From contig JACOVM010000077.1 of assembly GCA_016177345.1 (NCBI GenBank), positions 1 to 44,242 on the forward strand: 44,242 nucleotides of DNA, read 5' to 3'. How positions within the stretch are numbered: the first letter of the stretch is position 1; every line of letters starts with the position of its first letter. Shown in pieces: positions 9,280-20,231 of the stretch. The notes below the pieces were generated by a model. That model had not been told where the DNA came from. It saw only the letters and a program-made list of their open reading frames with translations, and made no database searches. This DNA is from Candidatus Woesearchaeota archaeon (GTDB taxonomy: Archaea; Nanobdellota; Nanobdellia; Woesearchaeales; UBA12501). The position numbers and the translations under genes are program-made.

Positions 9280-12200
9280 ATGGTGAAAAAGAGGGTCCTA
9301 GGTAGCGTGCTAGTTAGCATTCTCTTTATTCTCCTAAGTATAATGCTTCTTTCTCTTTTCTCAATTACTGGGCTTGCTGTACGAAACGAGTGCTGCATTG
9401 ACTACACCAGAGGATCGTTCTGTACCTCCCTGCTTCTTGATGGCCAAGTATGCCCCTCACCTGGAACAGTAGAGCCAAGAGCATGTGAAGCAATACCTGA
9501 CAAGTGCAGCATTGGCTGCTGTGTCATGCCAGAAGGAAATGTTGAAACACGGGCAAAATTCTCCTGCCAAGAGAGCGGAGGAGTTTTTCGTTCTGGAACA
9601 GAACAGCCATACAGCGTTGGGGTAGAAGACCTTGACTGCACGACGCCATTGCGATGCAGCAGGGATACGGATTGCGGCGCAGGATTGTTTTGCGATACTG
9701 CCCTCCCAGATCCGATCTGCAAAGCTGGAACAACGCCAACCACATGTGAGAATAATGTACGTGACGGTGATGAAACTGACGTTGATTGTGGTGGAAGCTG
9801 TTCATCCTGCGCTGCAGGAGCATCGTGCCTTTCCGATACCGATTGCGCTACCAGCTTTTGCGACGCAAGTGACAGGACGTGCAAGCCTGCAGCAGCAGTC
9901 TCGTGCGGCGACGGATTTATCACGACAAGCCGCGGCGAAGAATGTGAGCCACCAGGATCTTCAGGCGTATCCTCAAGCATTGCCCCCGGCCTTGTCTTGT
10001 GCGAAGGAGAAACACTAGCACAAACCATGGCGCGAGAAGGTAGTTCTATCCAGTGTGACATGAGCTGCAAGGTCATTCCCCCATCTTGTCCTCCCCCTCC
10101 AACTGTTGTGGAAGAGCTGCCGCCAGCAACGCCAGAAGGAACATCCTGCGGTGATAGCATCCTAGACACGCCGAACGCTGCGCTGAATAATGAGCAATGT
10201 GACAGAAATGGGGCAGCAGGAATTGCGTGTTCTCCATTTGGAACAGTAGGTTCTGCATGCCTCTCTCGTGAGGATCCATTAGGGCGAGGATGTACATGCT
10301 ATGCTGAATGCCTGGAGAATCCCGGAAGTATTTCTACCACGGCCCATCAAGAAGTGAACCGGGTTATTATTGAATGGGACGAGTCGGGACTGGTATCCTC
10401 ATGTGTTGCAGGATCATGGCCGAAGCGTTTTATCTATCGATGCAATGAAGACGAGCGTGACTGCAATCTCATGAACGAATATGACATCATCAACGCAACA
10501 GCAACAACAGAAATGAAGTATGTTGACAGAACAATTGAAGAGCGAACAGAATACTGCTACAAGGTTGGAGTAAAGCTTGCCTCAGGAAAATTGGTAACAT
10601 CGCCAAAACAGTGCTTGAGAACATGGAGCGAGATATGCTATGGCCTTGCTGGGGGAGTTGGGAAAGGATTATGCAGCGATGACCGAAGCGCTGCCTTGGT
10701 GTGTGATGAACAGCATGTCGCGCAGCGCATTGAATGTGGAACTGGAAGCATCTGCATGGAATCAGGATTTAATCCAACATGTGTCAGCCAACAAGCATGC
10801 GATGTATGCAATGGCCTCTTTCAAACCTTTGGCGGGCATGTTCCGGTTCCAGTATCACAACTGATCGAAATCGCTGTTGGAGATGGCCTGCAGGAGCTTG
10901 CATGTGATGAAGTATTGAGCTGCGCGTATGATACGACAGAGGAAAACGTGAATGCGTATCAGGAATGCAGCGGTATCACGAGCTGCTACGATTATCATTC
11001 AGAGCATGCATGTGATGGTTTTGGCGGCTCTGACCCTTGCTTTGTTGGCCCCTGTGAGTGGAAAGAGCCATACTGGAACACGGTTGGATTCGGCATTTGC
11101 GCCCCCAAACCATCAACCAAGCTGGACTGTGGAAGGTGCAATCGCGACGAGGAAAGCCCGGATGATGCCTTCAATACCGCATTTTTTAGCGAGTGCAGCC
11201 AGGCCACGTGTGAAGAGGGATATGGTGATTGTTATTTCGATGATGGAACATGCAAGGCACAAACAGATGTTGTCTGTGAAGATTATGCGACAAAAGCAGA
11301 ATGCATGGATGGAGATGGCACTGGCGAAGCTGCTTTCGAGCTCGATGGCAATAATGGAGTAGCACAATACTCCAATGATCGCTTTGAGTATGGGGTATGC
11401 AAATGGACTGACGCAAGCAAATGCTTCAAAGACGCTAACGCAGACACTGTTCCCGACTGCAGCTCAGCCGACAAGCCCTGCCAGAGTGACAAGCAGCCGC
11501 CAGCAACCATTGCTGTTCCAACAAAAGAGCAGATACGACAAGATGCTGGCGATCCACCCCAGCGAATTCTTGTTGGCAAAGACGCAGACCTTCTCTTATC
11601 CGTGTCAGAGCCAGCAGTAACCTACTTCTGCATTGATGAGGTTGATCCAGCAACACCCTGTTCTCCAACTACACCAGCAGTATGCAAGCTTCAGCAGCGC
11701 CTTGACACGCTCGGTGATGGAAATAAGCAGGTTCGGCTCTTCTCCGTTGATTACAATGACAATGTTGAGCAAATACAGTCCATTCCTGTTATTCTTGACA
11801 CCACCACACCAACAATAACTATCACTCCCAATTTTGATGAGGAAACAAAAGTGCTGAAAGTGGTGATGAAAGCTAATGAGCAAGTGAGATGCAGTGCTGA
11901 CATGATGAATGGAAATCTCGAGCCAGCACGCGCAGTTCCAGGAACATCTAAATCAAATGCCATCCAAGGAGAAGTTGGAAGAACATTTAACAGAACATAC
12001 TACCAGCTTCCTGATGACCTGTACTATTTCGTGTATGACTGCAAAGATGCTGCCGGCAACAGAAAGCAGGGTTATTATGCTGTATCTAACGTTGAGACCA
12101 ATTTTATTCATCCTCAGCGGATGGGCATATCTCTCGTCACTGCTAATACTCAGCTAACCGTTCAGGTAAGCACAGATCAAGACGCCGAGTGCAGGCTTTC

Positions 12201-15159
12201 TAAAACAGTATCCCTCTTTGATGGAATGGAAATTACTTCTCCACGAGGAAGAACGCACTCAGCCAATCTCCCCCTCACTCCAGGTCGAAACATCTACACG
12301 ATCAAGTGCAAGACAGATGATGGGACAGTCCATGGAAATCTCGGAGACCGCTTCATCATCAGCAGAGACGTTGTTCCACCAAAGATTTCTTTTGTTCAAG
12401 CGTATGACGGAACAACCATATTTGACCCAGCACTCTCGTATGCTGCTCCCCAATACGCGATGATGGCATGTGATGACACGGCAATTCCCGGTGGCATCGT
12501 TTCCAATCTTGGCTGTCAGCACACCACATACAATCTTAATGGTGCTTTAACCGAGGTTGACCACGAGCTTGGCAGGCTTCATGGCCCAATCTACTTTGGT
12601 GATGGAACAACAGCCTTAACCTACACAGCCCGAGACCAGGGGGGAAATAGCGTCACTGGATCGTCAAGCGTTACCGTTACTCGAGGAGAAAAGTCCATGA
12701 CGATTCGAATAACAAACCAGGATGGAACACCAGTCGAAGATGCTGCTAAACTCCAGCCAGCATTGTATTATGTTATGGTCAGCTCAACCTATCACCTCCA
12801 GGGTGCGGTAGTAACGATAGAAATGCTCGAGCGCGAGGAGGACACTGATGAGGATCGGGAACCAGACATGCTTACCCTTCCATCAGCCCCATTGCTGAGC
12901 AGTGCTCTTGAACAAGCCTTCATTCTCGACCTTCGGCTTGGCACTAGGACGGCAAAAGGAGAGGTGTATGACGTGAACATAATGGCACAAGGAACGATCA
13001 CCGAGCCAGTTCCACCATGCTTTGAAGGAGACATGGCAGCAACTACAGAGGACATTTCTGCTGAAGTAGCTGCGGTAGTTGATGCAAGGCTTGTTGATAT
13101 TCGCCTCGAGCCAATGCTGGAGAGTAGGCAGACAGGCCCGACAGGCGTAGAGTATAATGTGTCCTACCAGAATAATGAGTACTTTACGAATCATCGTGAC
13201 CTGTTTGTAACAGGAAAGCTCCTTGACCCAGACACGACAGGAGAGGTTCAGTTTAGCATTGAAACATTCACCTCAACCTGGAATGGAATAGACACGCTAG
13301 AAAACAATGCAGAGGGTGTTGCTACTGAGGGCTTCATTACCTCTACGGTCGGTGAGGCTGCGATCGGGTCATCTACTGTCCGCGTCGCAAACCCTGAGCT
13401 GATCACGCCAGGATCATATCTTTTGTTCAAGAATCACGAGCGTGTCATGTACAGCCGCTATCGAGCGTTTTATCCTGTTGCAGATGTTGATGGCGACCTT
13501 ATCCTTCTGGCCGAGCCTCTCGAGAAGAAAGTGGGGGGATCTGCGGGAGACGTCGATGTCGAAATTTACAGGAAGCCCTTTCCATATAATTGGTTTGGCA
13601 TGACTGTTCCCCTTCAAGAGGGAAGGAACGTCCTTTCAGTAAAAGCAAAAAGCACGTCAGGAGTGTACTCTCCAGAAAAGACAGTGATCATTCAGCGCGA
13701 TACCATGCCCCCAGAAATCATCAGAACCCTTCCAGCCTTTTCGATCACAAGTGATAATGTTTCTGAAGTTGCGTTCATCGTTCGAGAAGCAACAAAGGGG
13801 AGCGGCATTGAAAAAGCAGAGATCACCATGAATAGCGGAAGCAAGCCAACAACGATAGAAGAAATTCCATCCGAGGCTGAGGGTTACCTGTATTACAAGG
13901 TCAGCTTCGCGCAAGACATCCCATTCGCTGAAGGAACATACACGATAAAACTGGTTGGATATGACAGGGCAAAAAATGTGTTCTCTCCTCCAGAACGGTC
14001 AAGCTTCTCCCTGGAAATTGACCGGGGAGCAGCCATCCCCCCAGTATGGACGGTGATTGGCGGAACAAAAAAAGAGACAGCTCTTTTTGGAACCCTCTGG
14101 TATACTCCATATCCAACCATTGAGGTAATTATTGACTTCTCTGCAAACAAGCTGCCAATCAAGATAACTGGGATGGTCATAAGAGCGCAAGGAACAACAG
14201 CCCAATACCCAATTGGAAGAACATGCGAGGAGGTAAAGCTGGTTGGAACAGAATGGGTTGCAGTGCCAATTCCTGCCGGTGCTGCAGGAGCAGCGGGCAC
14301 TGTAGCAGCTGAAATGACCAACAAGTTTAGGTGCAGGCTGGCAGAACCGCTTGGGCAGAACAACGCGTATCAGATTGGGGTTCGAGCCCATAAAGTCTTG
14401 ACGACAGGGCCATTGCCGGACAACACCTTCTTCAGCGACAGTATCATTCTTGATAACCAGCCACCACAAGTAACCAGCCTCATTTATCATTCTCCCGCAA
14501 AAATCGAGATGCCGCTTGAATTTTACGCAACTGTTCCAAATGAGAGGTACGAGCTCGGGGCGAAACTCACCTACAGCGTGAACAGGGAAACGTACAACCT
14601 TCAGGCAGTTGGAGGATTGAACGGAAACTATCTGTTCATCTGGGACGTGCCGTACTTTGACATCACCCAAGACCTTTACCAAGATATCGATCAGGATAAA
14701 GAATTCCTGATTACCATCTATGACTATGCAGATTCAAGCCACACATGGGAAGCTAGGAGAATGATCAAGATTGACGGAAGGCCGCCAGAGCTTGGAAGCG
14801 TGCAGTTTAGTGTTGAAGCTCCCTATTCCGCAGTAGGCATTCTTGGAAAAGAGTATTACACCAACGCAGAAACAGTTCATATCACTGGAAACTACACGGG
14901 AGATGACGTGAAGTACATCTACATCGAGCCAGGAAGCTTTGATTCAGAAACAGGAGAGTTTGCTGCCCGAGCCCACCCCTTGCGATTGCCAAACAAGAAG
15001 TTCATGTTTGACGTCAAGCTTCAAGGAGAGGCTGAAGAAATGGCCGAAAATAGCTTCGAGCTTGTTGCGGTCGATGACGCAGGAAACAGCATCAGGCTCC
15101 CATTTAAGGTATGGTACGACCAGACTGTTCCACCAAAGCCACAAATTATTATTGAGTAA
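9280..15159 (+). CDS. Giant secreted adhesin-like protein: Cys-rich N-terminal half, FN3-like domain, multiple Ig-like domains
   Basis: N-terminal hydrophobic segment; CENNVRDGDETDVDCGGSC; SCGDG...GEECE and SCGDS...NEQCD (myxobacterial-type Cys repeats); IEW...YVDRTIEERTEYCYKV (FN3-like); repeated D-x-x-[PT]-P boundaries (DTTTPT, DVVPPK, DTMPPE, DNQPPQ, DQTVPP). Confidence 0.8.
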   Translation: MVKKRVLGSVLVSILFILLSIMLLSLFSITGLAVRNECCIDYTRGSFCTSLLLDGQVCPSPGTVEPRACEAIPDKCSIGCCVMPEGNVETRAKFSCQESGGVFRSGTEQPYSVGVEDLDCTTPLRCSRDTDCGAGLFCDTALPDPICKAGTTPTTCENNVRDGDETDVDCGGSCSSCAAGASCLSDTDCATSFCDASDRTCKPAAAVSCGDGFITTSRGEECEPPGSSGVSSSIAPGLVLCEGETLAQTMAREGSSIQCDMSCKVIPPSCPPPPTVVEELPPATPEGTSCGDSILDTPNAALNNEQCDRNGAAGIACSPFGTVGSACLSREDPLGRGCTCYAECLENPGSISTTAHQEVNRVIIEWDESGLVSSCVAGSWPKRFIYRCNEDERDCNLMNEYDIINATATTEMKYVDRTIEERTEYCYKVGVKLASGKLVTSPKQCLRTWSEICYGLAGGVGKGLCSDDRSAALVCDEQHVAQRIECGTGSICMESGFNPTCVSQQACDVCNGLFQTFGGHVPVPVSQLIEIAVGDGLQELACDEVLSCAYDTTEENVNAYQECSGITSCYDYHSEHACDGFGGSDPCFVGPCEWKEPYWNTVGFGICAPKPSTKLDCGRCNRDEESPDDAFNTAFFSECSQATCEEGYGDCYFDDGTCKAQTDVVCEDYATKAECMDGDGTGEAAFELDGNNGVAQYSNDRFEYGVCKWTDASKCFKDANADTVPDCSSADKPCQSDKQPPATIAVPTKEQIRQDAGDPPQRILVGKDADLLLSVSEPAVTYFCIDEVDPATPCSPTTPAVCKLQQRLDTLGDGNKQVRLFSVDYNDNVEQIQSIPVILDTTTPTITITPNFDEETKVLKVVMKANEQVRCSADMMNGNLEPARAVPGTSKSNAIQGEVGRTFNRTYYQLPDDLYYFVYDCKDAAGNRKQGYYAVSNVETNFIHPQRMGISLVTANTQLTVQVSTDQDAECRLSKTVSLFDGMEITSPRGRTHSANLPLTPGRNIYTIKCKTDDGTVHGNLGDRFIISRDVVPPKISFVQAYDGTTIFDPALSYAAPQYAMMACDDTAIPGGIVSNLGCQHTTYNLNGALTEVDHELGRLHGPIYFGDGTTALTYTARDQGGNSVTGSSSVTVTRGEKSMTIRITNQDGTPVEDAAKLQPALYYVMVSSTYHLQGAVVTIEMLEREEDTDEDREPDMLTLPSAPLLSSALEQAFILDLRLGTRTAKGEVYDVNIMAQGTITEPVPPCFEGDMAATTEDISAEVAAVVDARLVDIRLEPMLESRQTGPTGVEYNVSYQNNEYFTNHRDLFVTGKLLDPDTTGEVQFSIETFTSTWNGIDTLENNAEGVATEGFITSTVGEAAIGSSTVRVANPELITPGSYLLFKNHERVMYSRYRAFYPVADVDGDLILLAEPLEKKVGGSAGDVDVEIYRKPFPYNWFGMTVPLQEGRNVLSVKAKSTSGVYSPEKTVIIQRDTMPPEIIRTLPAFSITSDNVSEVAFIVREATKGSGIEKAEITMNSGSKPTTIEEIPSEAEGYLYYKVSFAQDIPFAEGTYTIKLVGYDRAKNVFSPPERSSFSLEIDRGAAIPPVWTVIGGTKKETALFGTLWYTPYPTIEVIIDFSANKLPIKITGMVIRAQGTTAQYPIGRTCEEVKLVGTEWVAVPIPAGAAGAAGTVAAEMTNKFRCRLAEPLGQNNAYQIGVRAHKVLTTGPLPDNTFFSDSIILDNQPPQVTSLIYHSPAKIEMPLEFYATVPNERYELGAKLTYSVNRETYNLQAVGGLNGNYLFIWDVPYFDITQDLYQDIDQDKEFLITIYDYADSSHTWEARRMIKIDGRPPELGSVQFSVEAPYSAVGILGKEYYTNAETVHITGNYTGDDVKYIYIEPGSFDSETGEFAARAHPLRLPNKKFMFDVKLQGEAEEMAENSFELVAVDDAGNSIRLPFKVWYDQTVPPKPQIIIE

Positions 15160-15203
15160 GTCAATTATGAGGATTATTCAGTAAGTCCGTTATTAAGTAG
15201 GTC
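15149..15203. repeat. Three degenerate copies of TTATTNAGTARGTC at a gene junction
   Basis: Copies at 15149-15162, 15174-15187 and 15190-15203. Confidence 0.65.
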
Positions 15204-15208
15204 AGCCA

Positions 15209-18200
15209 ATGAAAAAAACTGGCACTAGAACTGCACTGATAATAATGCTGGTGATAGTGCTAAGTATATGCATCGTCGCAAGCATAGCCTTTGCAGCCCA
15301 TACGCTTTCTCCTCCAGCATCTTCTTCACCTGCAGGCTCATCAGGCTCGGCGGCAGCCCCAACAATTACGATCGTGAGAAAAACAGACCCGCAAATCAAT
15401 GTTATCTTTACCATTCCTGTTGCTGTTGAAGACGCGTTTATTGCACGATTGAGCGACACGGATGAGATTCTGGAGCGCATCAACATGACAAAAACGCCGA
15501 GCATCGGCTTGTCAACAACATACACGTTCAAAACCAATCGAGGGCTTGCCAATGGGGCGTATCATTTCATCATTCGTATCAGGACCTTGTCCGGAAATAG
15601 GCAGGTGTACGATGAGCCCTTCACCATTGACACGCCGCAGACTGAAATTACCATCCTCGAGCCGCGCCTTGGAATCTCGAATGACCTCGATTATAGCTTT
15701 ACTATCCTTACGATGAGGGAGGGAGAGCGAGTTCCAAGCAGGTGTAAATATGCCGTGTTTAAGGCAGCCTCGTTCGACTCACCAGGGCTAAAGGCGTTCG
15801 ATTATCCAAGGGATGGCGGCGCTTCAGAGACGCACACGATCACGAGCTTTCGCGAAAAGTTCACGATCGAGCCAAACAAGCCAGAAGCGTTTCTGTACTT
15901 CTACTGCATTGATGATCTTGGAATAGAAGTGCAAAAAACAGTCCAGCCCGTAATTGATACGATTTCTCCAAGAATCACTTCTGTTCAGCTCGATCCTGCA
16001 TTATGGGGCGAGTACCCTGTGTCTGGCCCCTTTTTTACAACAATAAGCGCGCAAACGAGTGAGAAGTCCATTTGCAAATACATCATCCGAAATGCTGGTG
16101 ACTACGTTGCGGAGATACGCTATGACAGCATGGCTCCATTTCCTGGCTTCGATCGCTTTAACGCTGATGTATTCAACATAACAAATAAGGTATGGGTTGA
16201 GCTTCCAAATCGAGACCAGGTTTCCTATAATATTAGTGTGCAGTGCGAGGACATGGCAGGGCTATTTACCAAGCCACAAAGCGTGATCGCAACTGTCAAC
16301 TTAACCTCACCCTTAGGAATCCTGGTTACTTCCCCCCCAAGAGTCACGTCAAATTCTGATATCACCTTTGAGTTTACCACCAAGAAGAGATCGTACTGCT
16401 CCTATGTTGCCAGCGATGGCACTGAACAGGTCATTACCGAGGCGAGCAACCCGGTCAAAGACCACTCCTTTGACTATGGCCATATTGATGATGGGGATTA
16501 CACGTTTCGACTACGATGCCAAAGTGGCAGTGCTGGAAGCCAGCAGAGCGAAGAGCTAACCTACCTTTTTACTGTTGATACGCAGCCACCAAGCATGCCT
16601 AACATTACAGCAACAACGTTTGCAACATGCCAAAACACCTCTTTTCCGGAGAGCATGAACATTCGATTTTCTGCGCAGGATGCCCGGACCGGAGTTGCCT
16701 CGTACACGTATCGCATTCCCGGTATCATAAACACTCCTGTCCAGAGCAGCGGCCAGCTTCCTGCTATTTCTCAAAACGAGAATGGAACAGCACTTAACTT
16801 ATCAAGCGGCAGGGTGTACAAGCTGCAAGTAACCGCCACAGACCGGGCAGGGCTTACCAGCGCGACGGCAGAAAAAGACCTGCTCTACGACAAGACAGCA
16901 TGGCAGTGCCTCGAGCATGACCCTCCAACGATAGACATTGATGAGGAACAGCAGCTCGGCACGGTTCTCGCCAGCATGAGCTGTGACGATGACAGCGGCT
17001 GTAATAACCGCTCCTTCAAATATGGGCTGGCGGGGTCTGAACGAAACTGCACAGCTACCTTAGTGTATGATGATCCGGTGCTTGTTTCGCGTCCAAGCTA
17101 CATCTGCTTCTATGCAGAAGACACTCTCGGAAATAATGCAACAAAATCAACGCAGGTCGTGGTTACTCAAGCCTCGTCCTGCGCGAACGGCATTGCGGAT
17201 AGTGGAGAAGCAGATGTTGATTGTGGGGGGAGCTGTGGAGGAACCTGCAATCAGGGGAAAAAGTGTAAAAAGGATAGCGACTGCAAAACTGATTATTGCA
17301 GCAGTGCAGGAATATGCGAAGCCGCAAGCTGCACAGACAAGATAAAGAACCAGCACGAAACTGACGTTGATTGCGGGGGAGAATGTGGGATTTGTCAAAC
17401 AGGAAAAACGTGTAAGATCGACACCGACTGCAGTTCTGGACTATGCGATCCAGGTGGCAAAATCTGTGTTGAATCAACCTGCAGCGACACCATCAAAGGC
17501 CCAGGAGAAGCTGACATCGATTGTGGTGGGGCGTGCACGGCAAAATGTGGCATTGGAAAAAAATGCAAGCTCAACAGTGACTGTACGACGCTATATTGCA
17601 GTACGTTCTATGGAGAATGCAGGGCATCGCCGGCTAATGAAACACCAACACCCCCAGGGCTGCCTCCTGCCGATGATAACAAAGGCATGATGATGTGGGT
17701 CATCGTTGGTGTGCTTCTCCTCGTGCTGCTCGTTGGAGGATTATTGTGGTATCATGCAAAGTATGGAAAGAAGACTCTCAAATCAGGCAGTGCTCAATCA
17801 GGAAGGCTTCTGCCACCACAGCACGCATCGCAATCCTCCCTCTCTAAAAAAGAAGCAGCAACCTCACCAGCAATACTTCGCGCTACGCGATACCATGACG
17901 AGCTGATCCGAAAGAAGCAGGAAAAGCTGCTGCAGCAGCGCATGATGCAACGGCATGGCATCTTTAAGGCGTTTGATGTTTCAGCATTGACAGGAGCAAA
18001 AGCAGCAGAAAATGTCCAGCCATTACCAAAATCAGTACCGAAAATAATTCAAAAACAAGGAGAAAAACCAGGTGAGGCAAAGAAGCTCAGTGAAAAGCAG
18101 CTTCCACTTCATCATCAGCTTTTTGAACGATTAAAGGGGGAATTAAAAGGAGAAGAATGGATTCCGCTAGAGTTGCTCCATCAAAAACATGTCCAGCACT

Positions 18201-18451
18201 CACAGCATTTGCAAACAAAACAAGCTGCGCAAGGAGCTGGCCAACAAAAGCAGAAAAAGGAAAAAGAAAGCGAAGAAAGAGATGAGAACTTTGACCGCCT
18301 GGATACCCTTAGCCGGCGAGACGAGTTCTTTGATGAGCTGGAGAACATGAAAGGGACACTGAACAAGGCGCTTGGCGGCGTTTTCGGAGACATAGGAAAA
18401 ATTGCGGAAGGAAAAGAAAGGGGCAAAGGGCAAGCCCCAAAACGACGCTGA
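15209..18451 (+). CDS. Membrane-anchored surface protein: Ig-like domains, three tandem E[TA]D[VI]DCGG Cys repeats, TM helix, long charged cytoplasmic tail
   Basis: Signal peptide; DTxxP Ig-like boundaries; GEADVDCGGSC / HETDVDCGGEC / GEADIDCGGAC (~17177-17620); TM MMWVIVGVLLLVLLVGGLLWY followed by a K/Q/E-rich tail. Confidence 0.8.
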   Translation: MKKTGTRTALIIMLVIVLSICIVASIAFAAHTLSPPASSSPAGSSGSAAAPTITIVRKTDPQINVIFTIPVAVEDAFIARLSDTDEILERINMTKTPSIGLSTTYTFKTNRGLANGAYHFIIRIRTLSGNRQVYDEPFTIDTPQTEITILEPRLGISNDLDYSFTILTMREGERVPSRCKYAVFKAASFDSPGLKAFDYPRDGGASETHTITSFREKFTIEPNKPEAFLYFYCIDDLGIEVQKTVQPVIDTISPRITSVQLDPALWGEYPVSGPFFTTISAQTSEKSICKYIIRNAGDYVAEIRYDSMAPFPGFDRFNADVFNITNKVWVELPNRDQVSYNISVQCEDMAGLFTKPQSVIATVNLTSPLGILVTSPPRVTSNSDITFEFTTKKRSYCSYVASDGTEQVITEASNPVKDHSFDYGHIDDGDYTFRLRCQSGSAGSQQSEELTYLFTVDTQPPSMPNITATTFATCQNTSFPESMNIRFSAQDARTGVASYTYRIPGIINTPVQSSGQLPAISQNENGTALNLSSGRVYKLQVTATDRAGLTSATAEKDLLYDKTAWQCLEHDPPTIDIDEEQQLGTVLASMSCDDDSGCNNRSFKYGLAGSERNCTATLVYDDPVLVSRPSYICFYAEDTLGNNATKSTQVVVTQASSCANGIADSGEADVDCGGSCGGTCNQGKKCKKDSDCKTDYCSSAGICEAASCTDKIKNQHETDVDCGGECGICQTGKTCKIDTDCSSGLCDPGGKICVESTCSDTIKGPGEADIDCGGACTAKCGIGKKCKLNSDCTTLYCSTFYGECRASPANETPTPPGLPPADDNKGMMMWVIVGVLLLVLLVGGLLWYHAKYGKKTLKSGSAQSGRLLPPQHASQSSLSKKEAATSPAILRATRYHDELIRKKQEKLLQQRMMQRHGIFKAFDVSALTGAKAAENVQPLPKSVPKIIQKQGEKPGEAKKLSEKQLPLHHQLFERLKGELKGEEWIPLELLHQKHVQHSQHLQTKQAAQGAGQQKQKKEKESEERDENFDRLDTLSRRDEFFDELENMKGTLNKALGGVFGDIGKIAEGKERGKGQAPKRR

Positions 18452-18488
18452 ACAAGGTACAAAGAGTAAACAAAAAATAAACGCCCGA

Positions 18489-18518
18489 AAATAAGCACAT
18501 AAGAAATAAGCACATAAG
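18489..18518. repeat. Perfect 15-nt tandem duplication AAATAAGCACATAAG x2
   Basis: Read directly; intergenic. Confidence 0.85.
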
Positions 18519-18538
18519 AATAGGGTAGACCAAATACC

Positions 18539-19585
18539 ATGCTTCATCAAAAAAAAGGGGCTGTTGAAATCCAATTCAATTGGATCTTTATCTTGATTAT
18601 TGGGGCGTTGATTCTGACATTTTTCTTTGCTATCGCGCAAAAGCAAAAGCAGCTTTCAGAACGAAGGCTTGGCGCAGACATTTCATCAGAGCTCGACTTG
18701 CTCTTTACCGGGCAAGGTGTAAGTAGCAACACGATCAGCGTGATGAACATCCCTAACGTTCCCATTCGGGTAAGTTGTGATGACTACACCATCTTCAATG
18801 TCCCCCGAAGGCTTGGAAACACGATCATTTTTTCTCCACAAGAGATTACCGGGAAAAAGATGATTGGGATGACCCTTCCATGGACGGTGCCATTCAAGGT
18901 CACCAACTTCTTCTACCTAACAACTCCACGAATACGATACATCATAATCAATGCGCCTGATGTTGTTCAGGAAGAGCTTACCGCAACCCTTCCCTTAAAT
19001 AGGGCGGTGGGGGAAGGAATGAGCGTTGAATTCGTCAACGATACGAGTCTTGTCTCATCCATTCTCTACCAGAATAATCCGCACACGAGGCTTATTTTTT
19101 TTAACACCGACCCCGAGCTTCCATCTGATTTTGAGAGTGTGAAGGCCCGAGGCATATCAGCAGTTGTTCTTCAAGGGGGATTCACGGATTTTGATGATAT
19201 CAGCGAGGCGCACTTTTATCGAAAAGAAGGGAATGCCTTTGTTGACGACCAGGGTGCTGATGGAAATGCGGTGTACGCTATTATAGGAAAAGCGAGCGCA
19301 CTTGGGGCCATGATAACCTCAACTGCAGAGGGCTACGAGTGCTCGATGGCAAAGGCAACGCATCGATTAAAAAACGTGGCAGAAATATATCGTGGAAGAA
19401 GTGATGCTATATTTACTGCTATTCACCGAAATGAATGCGGCTTCGCAGTCTCAGCGTTAGATGCCATTATCAGTGCAGAAAGCCAAGGGCTTTCTCAAGT
19501 AAAAACTGCTATTGATGCAGGGCAAAGCAGCCTTGAAAGCAGCAACAGAAATGCACTTCGCCTATCCTGCCCTACGCTGTATTGA
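18539..19585 (+). CDS. Pilin-like protein (class III signal peptide)
   Basis: MLHQKKG|AVEIQFNWIFILIIGALILTFFF. Confidence 0.75.
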   Translation: MLHQKKGAVEIQFNWIFILIIGALILTFFFAIAQKQKQLSERRLGADISSELDLLFTGQGVSSNTISVMNIPNVPIRVSCDDYTIFNVPRRLGNTIIFSPQEITGKKMIGMTLPWTVPFKVTNFFYLTTPRIRYIIINAPDVVQEELTATLPLNRAVGEGMSVEFVNDTSLVSSILYQNNPHTRLIFFNTDPELPSDFESVKARGISAVVLQGGFTDFDDISEAHFYRKEGNAFVDDQGADGNAVYAIIGKASALGAMITSTAEGYECSMAKATHRLKNVAEIYRGRSDAIFTAIHRNECGFAVSALDAIISAESQGLSQVKTAIDAGQSSLESSNRNALRLSCPTLY

Positions 19586-19718
19586 AAAGAGGTGCTGTAT
19601 TACCGTATTAAGAAGAGATGAAAGTGATTAAAGAAGAGAATGATGGTGATTAGAAAATAAGGGAGATCAACAAACGATATTATAAGAAACGTAAGAAACG
19701 AAGAAACTTACCGGGAAC

Positions 19719-20231
19719 ATGATGAACCATAAAGCTCAAATAAAAATGGGAGAAACGCTTGGCGTGCTTATTGTATTTTTCCTTATCGTGGGAATATCGA
19801 TAGGATTCTATACCATGATCCAAAAAGACTCAATAAAAACAAGGGCGCGAGAGCAACTGGAAAAAGAAACCATTCGAATAGCGCTAAAAGCAGCGCATCT
19901 TCAGGAAATCACCTGTACCCAGGATAGGGATATTGAAGAAGTTAACTGTATTGATTGGTATAAAGCGACAAGCTTTAAACAAGTCATCGAGAGTGATCAG
20001 CAGGCATTCCTTTTTTACGAGGCAGACTTTCGAAGCAGCAAGATCACTCTTCAGCAAGTTTACCCCGTCGATCCTGCCCTTCCGCTCACGCTTGACCTTT
20101 ACTCCAATCCCCCTAAGCATGTTGCTAACAGAATCCAAACTGCTATTCCTGTTGTTATCCGAGACCCGACCATTGCTAATGCGCTTCAGCAGAAAAGCAT
20201 AGGCCTCCTCTTTGTTGAGGTGTATTCATGA
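19719..20231 (+). CDS. Pilin-like protein (class III signal peptide)
   Basis: MMNHKA|QIKMGETLGVLIVFFLIVGISIGFY. Confidence 0.75.
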   Translation: MMNHKAQIKMGETLGVLIVFFLIVGISIGFYTMIQKDSIKTRAREQLEKETIRIALKAAHLQEITCTQDRDIEEVNCIDWYKATSFKQVIESDQQAFLFYEADFRSSKITLQQVYPVDPALPLTLDLYSNPPKHVANRIQTAIPVVIRDPTIANALQQKSIGLLFVEVYS

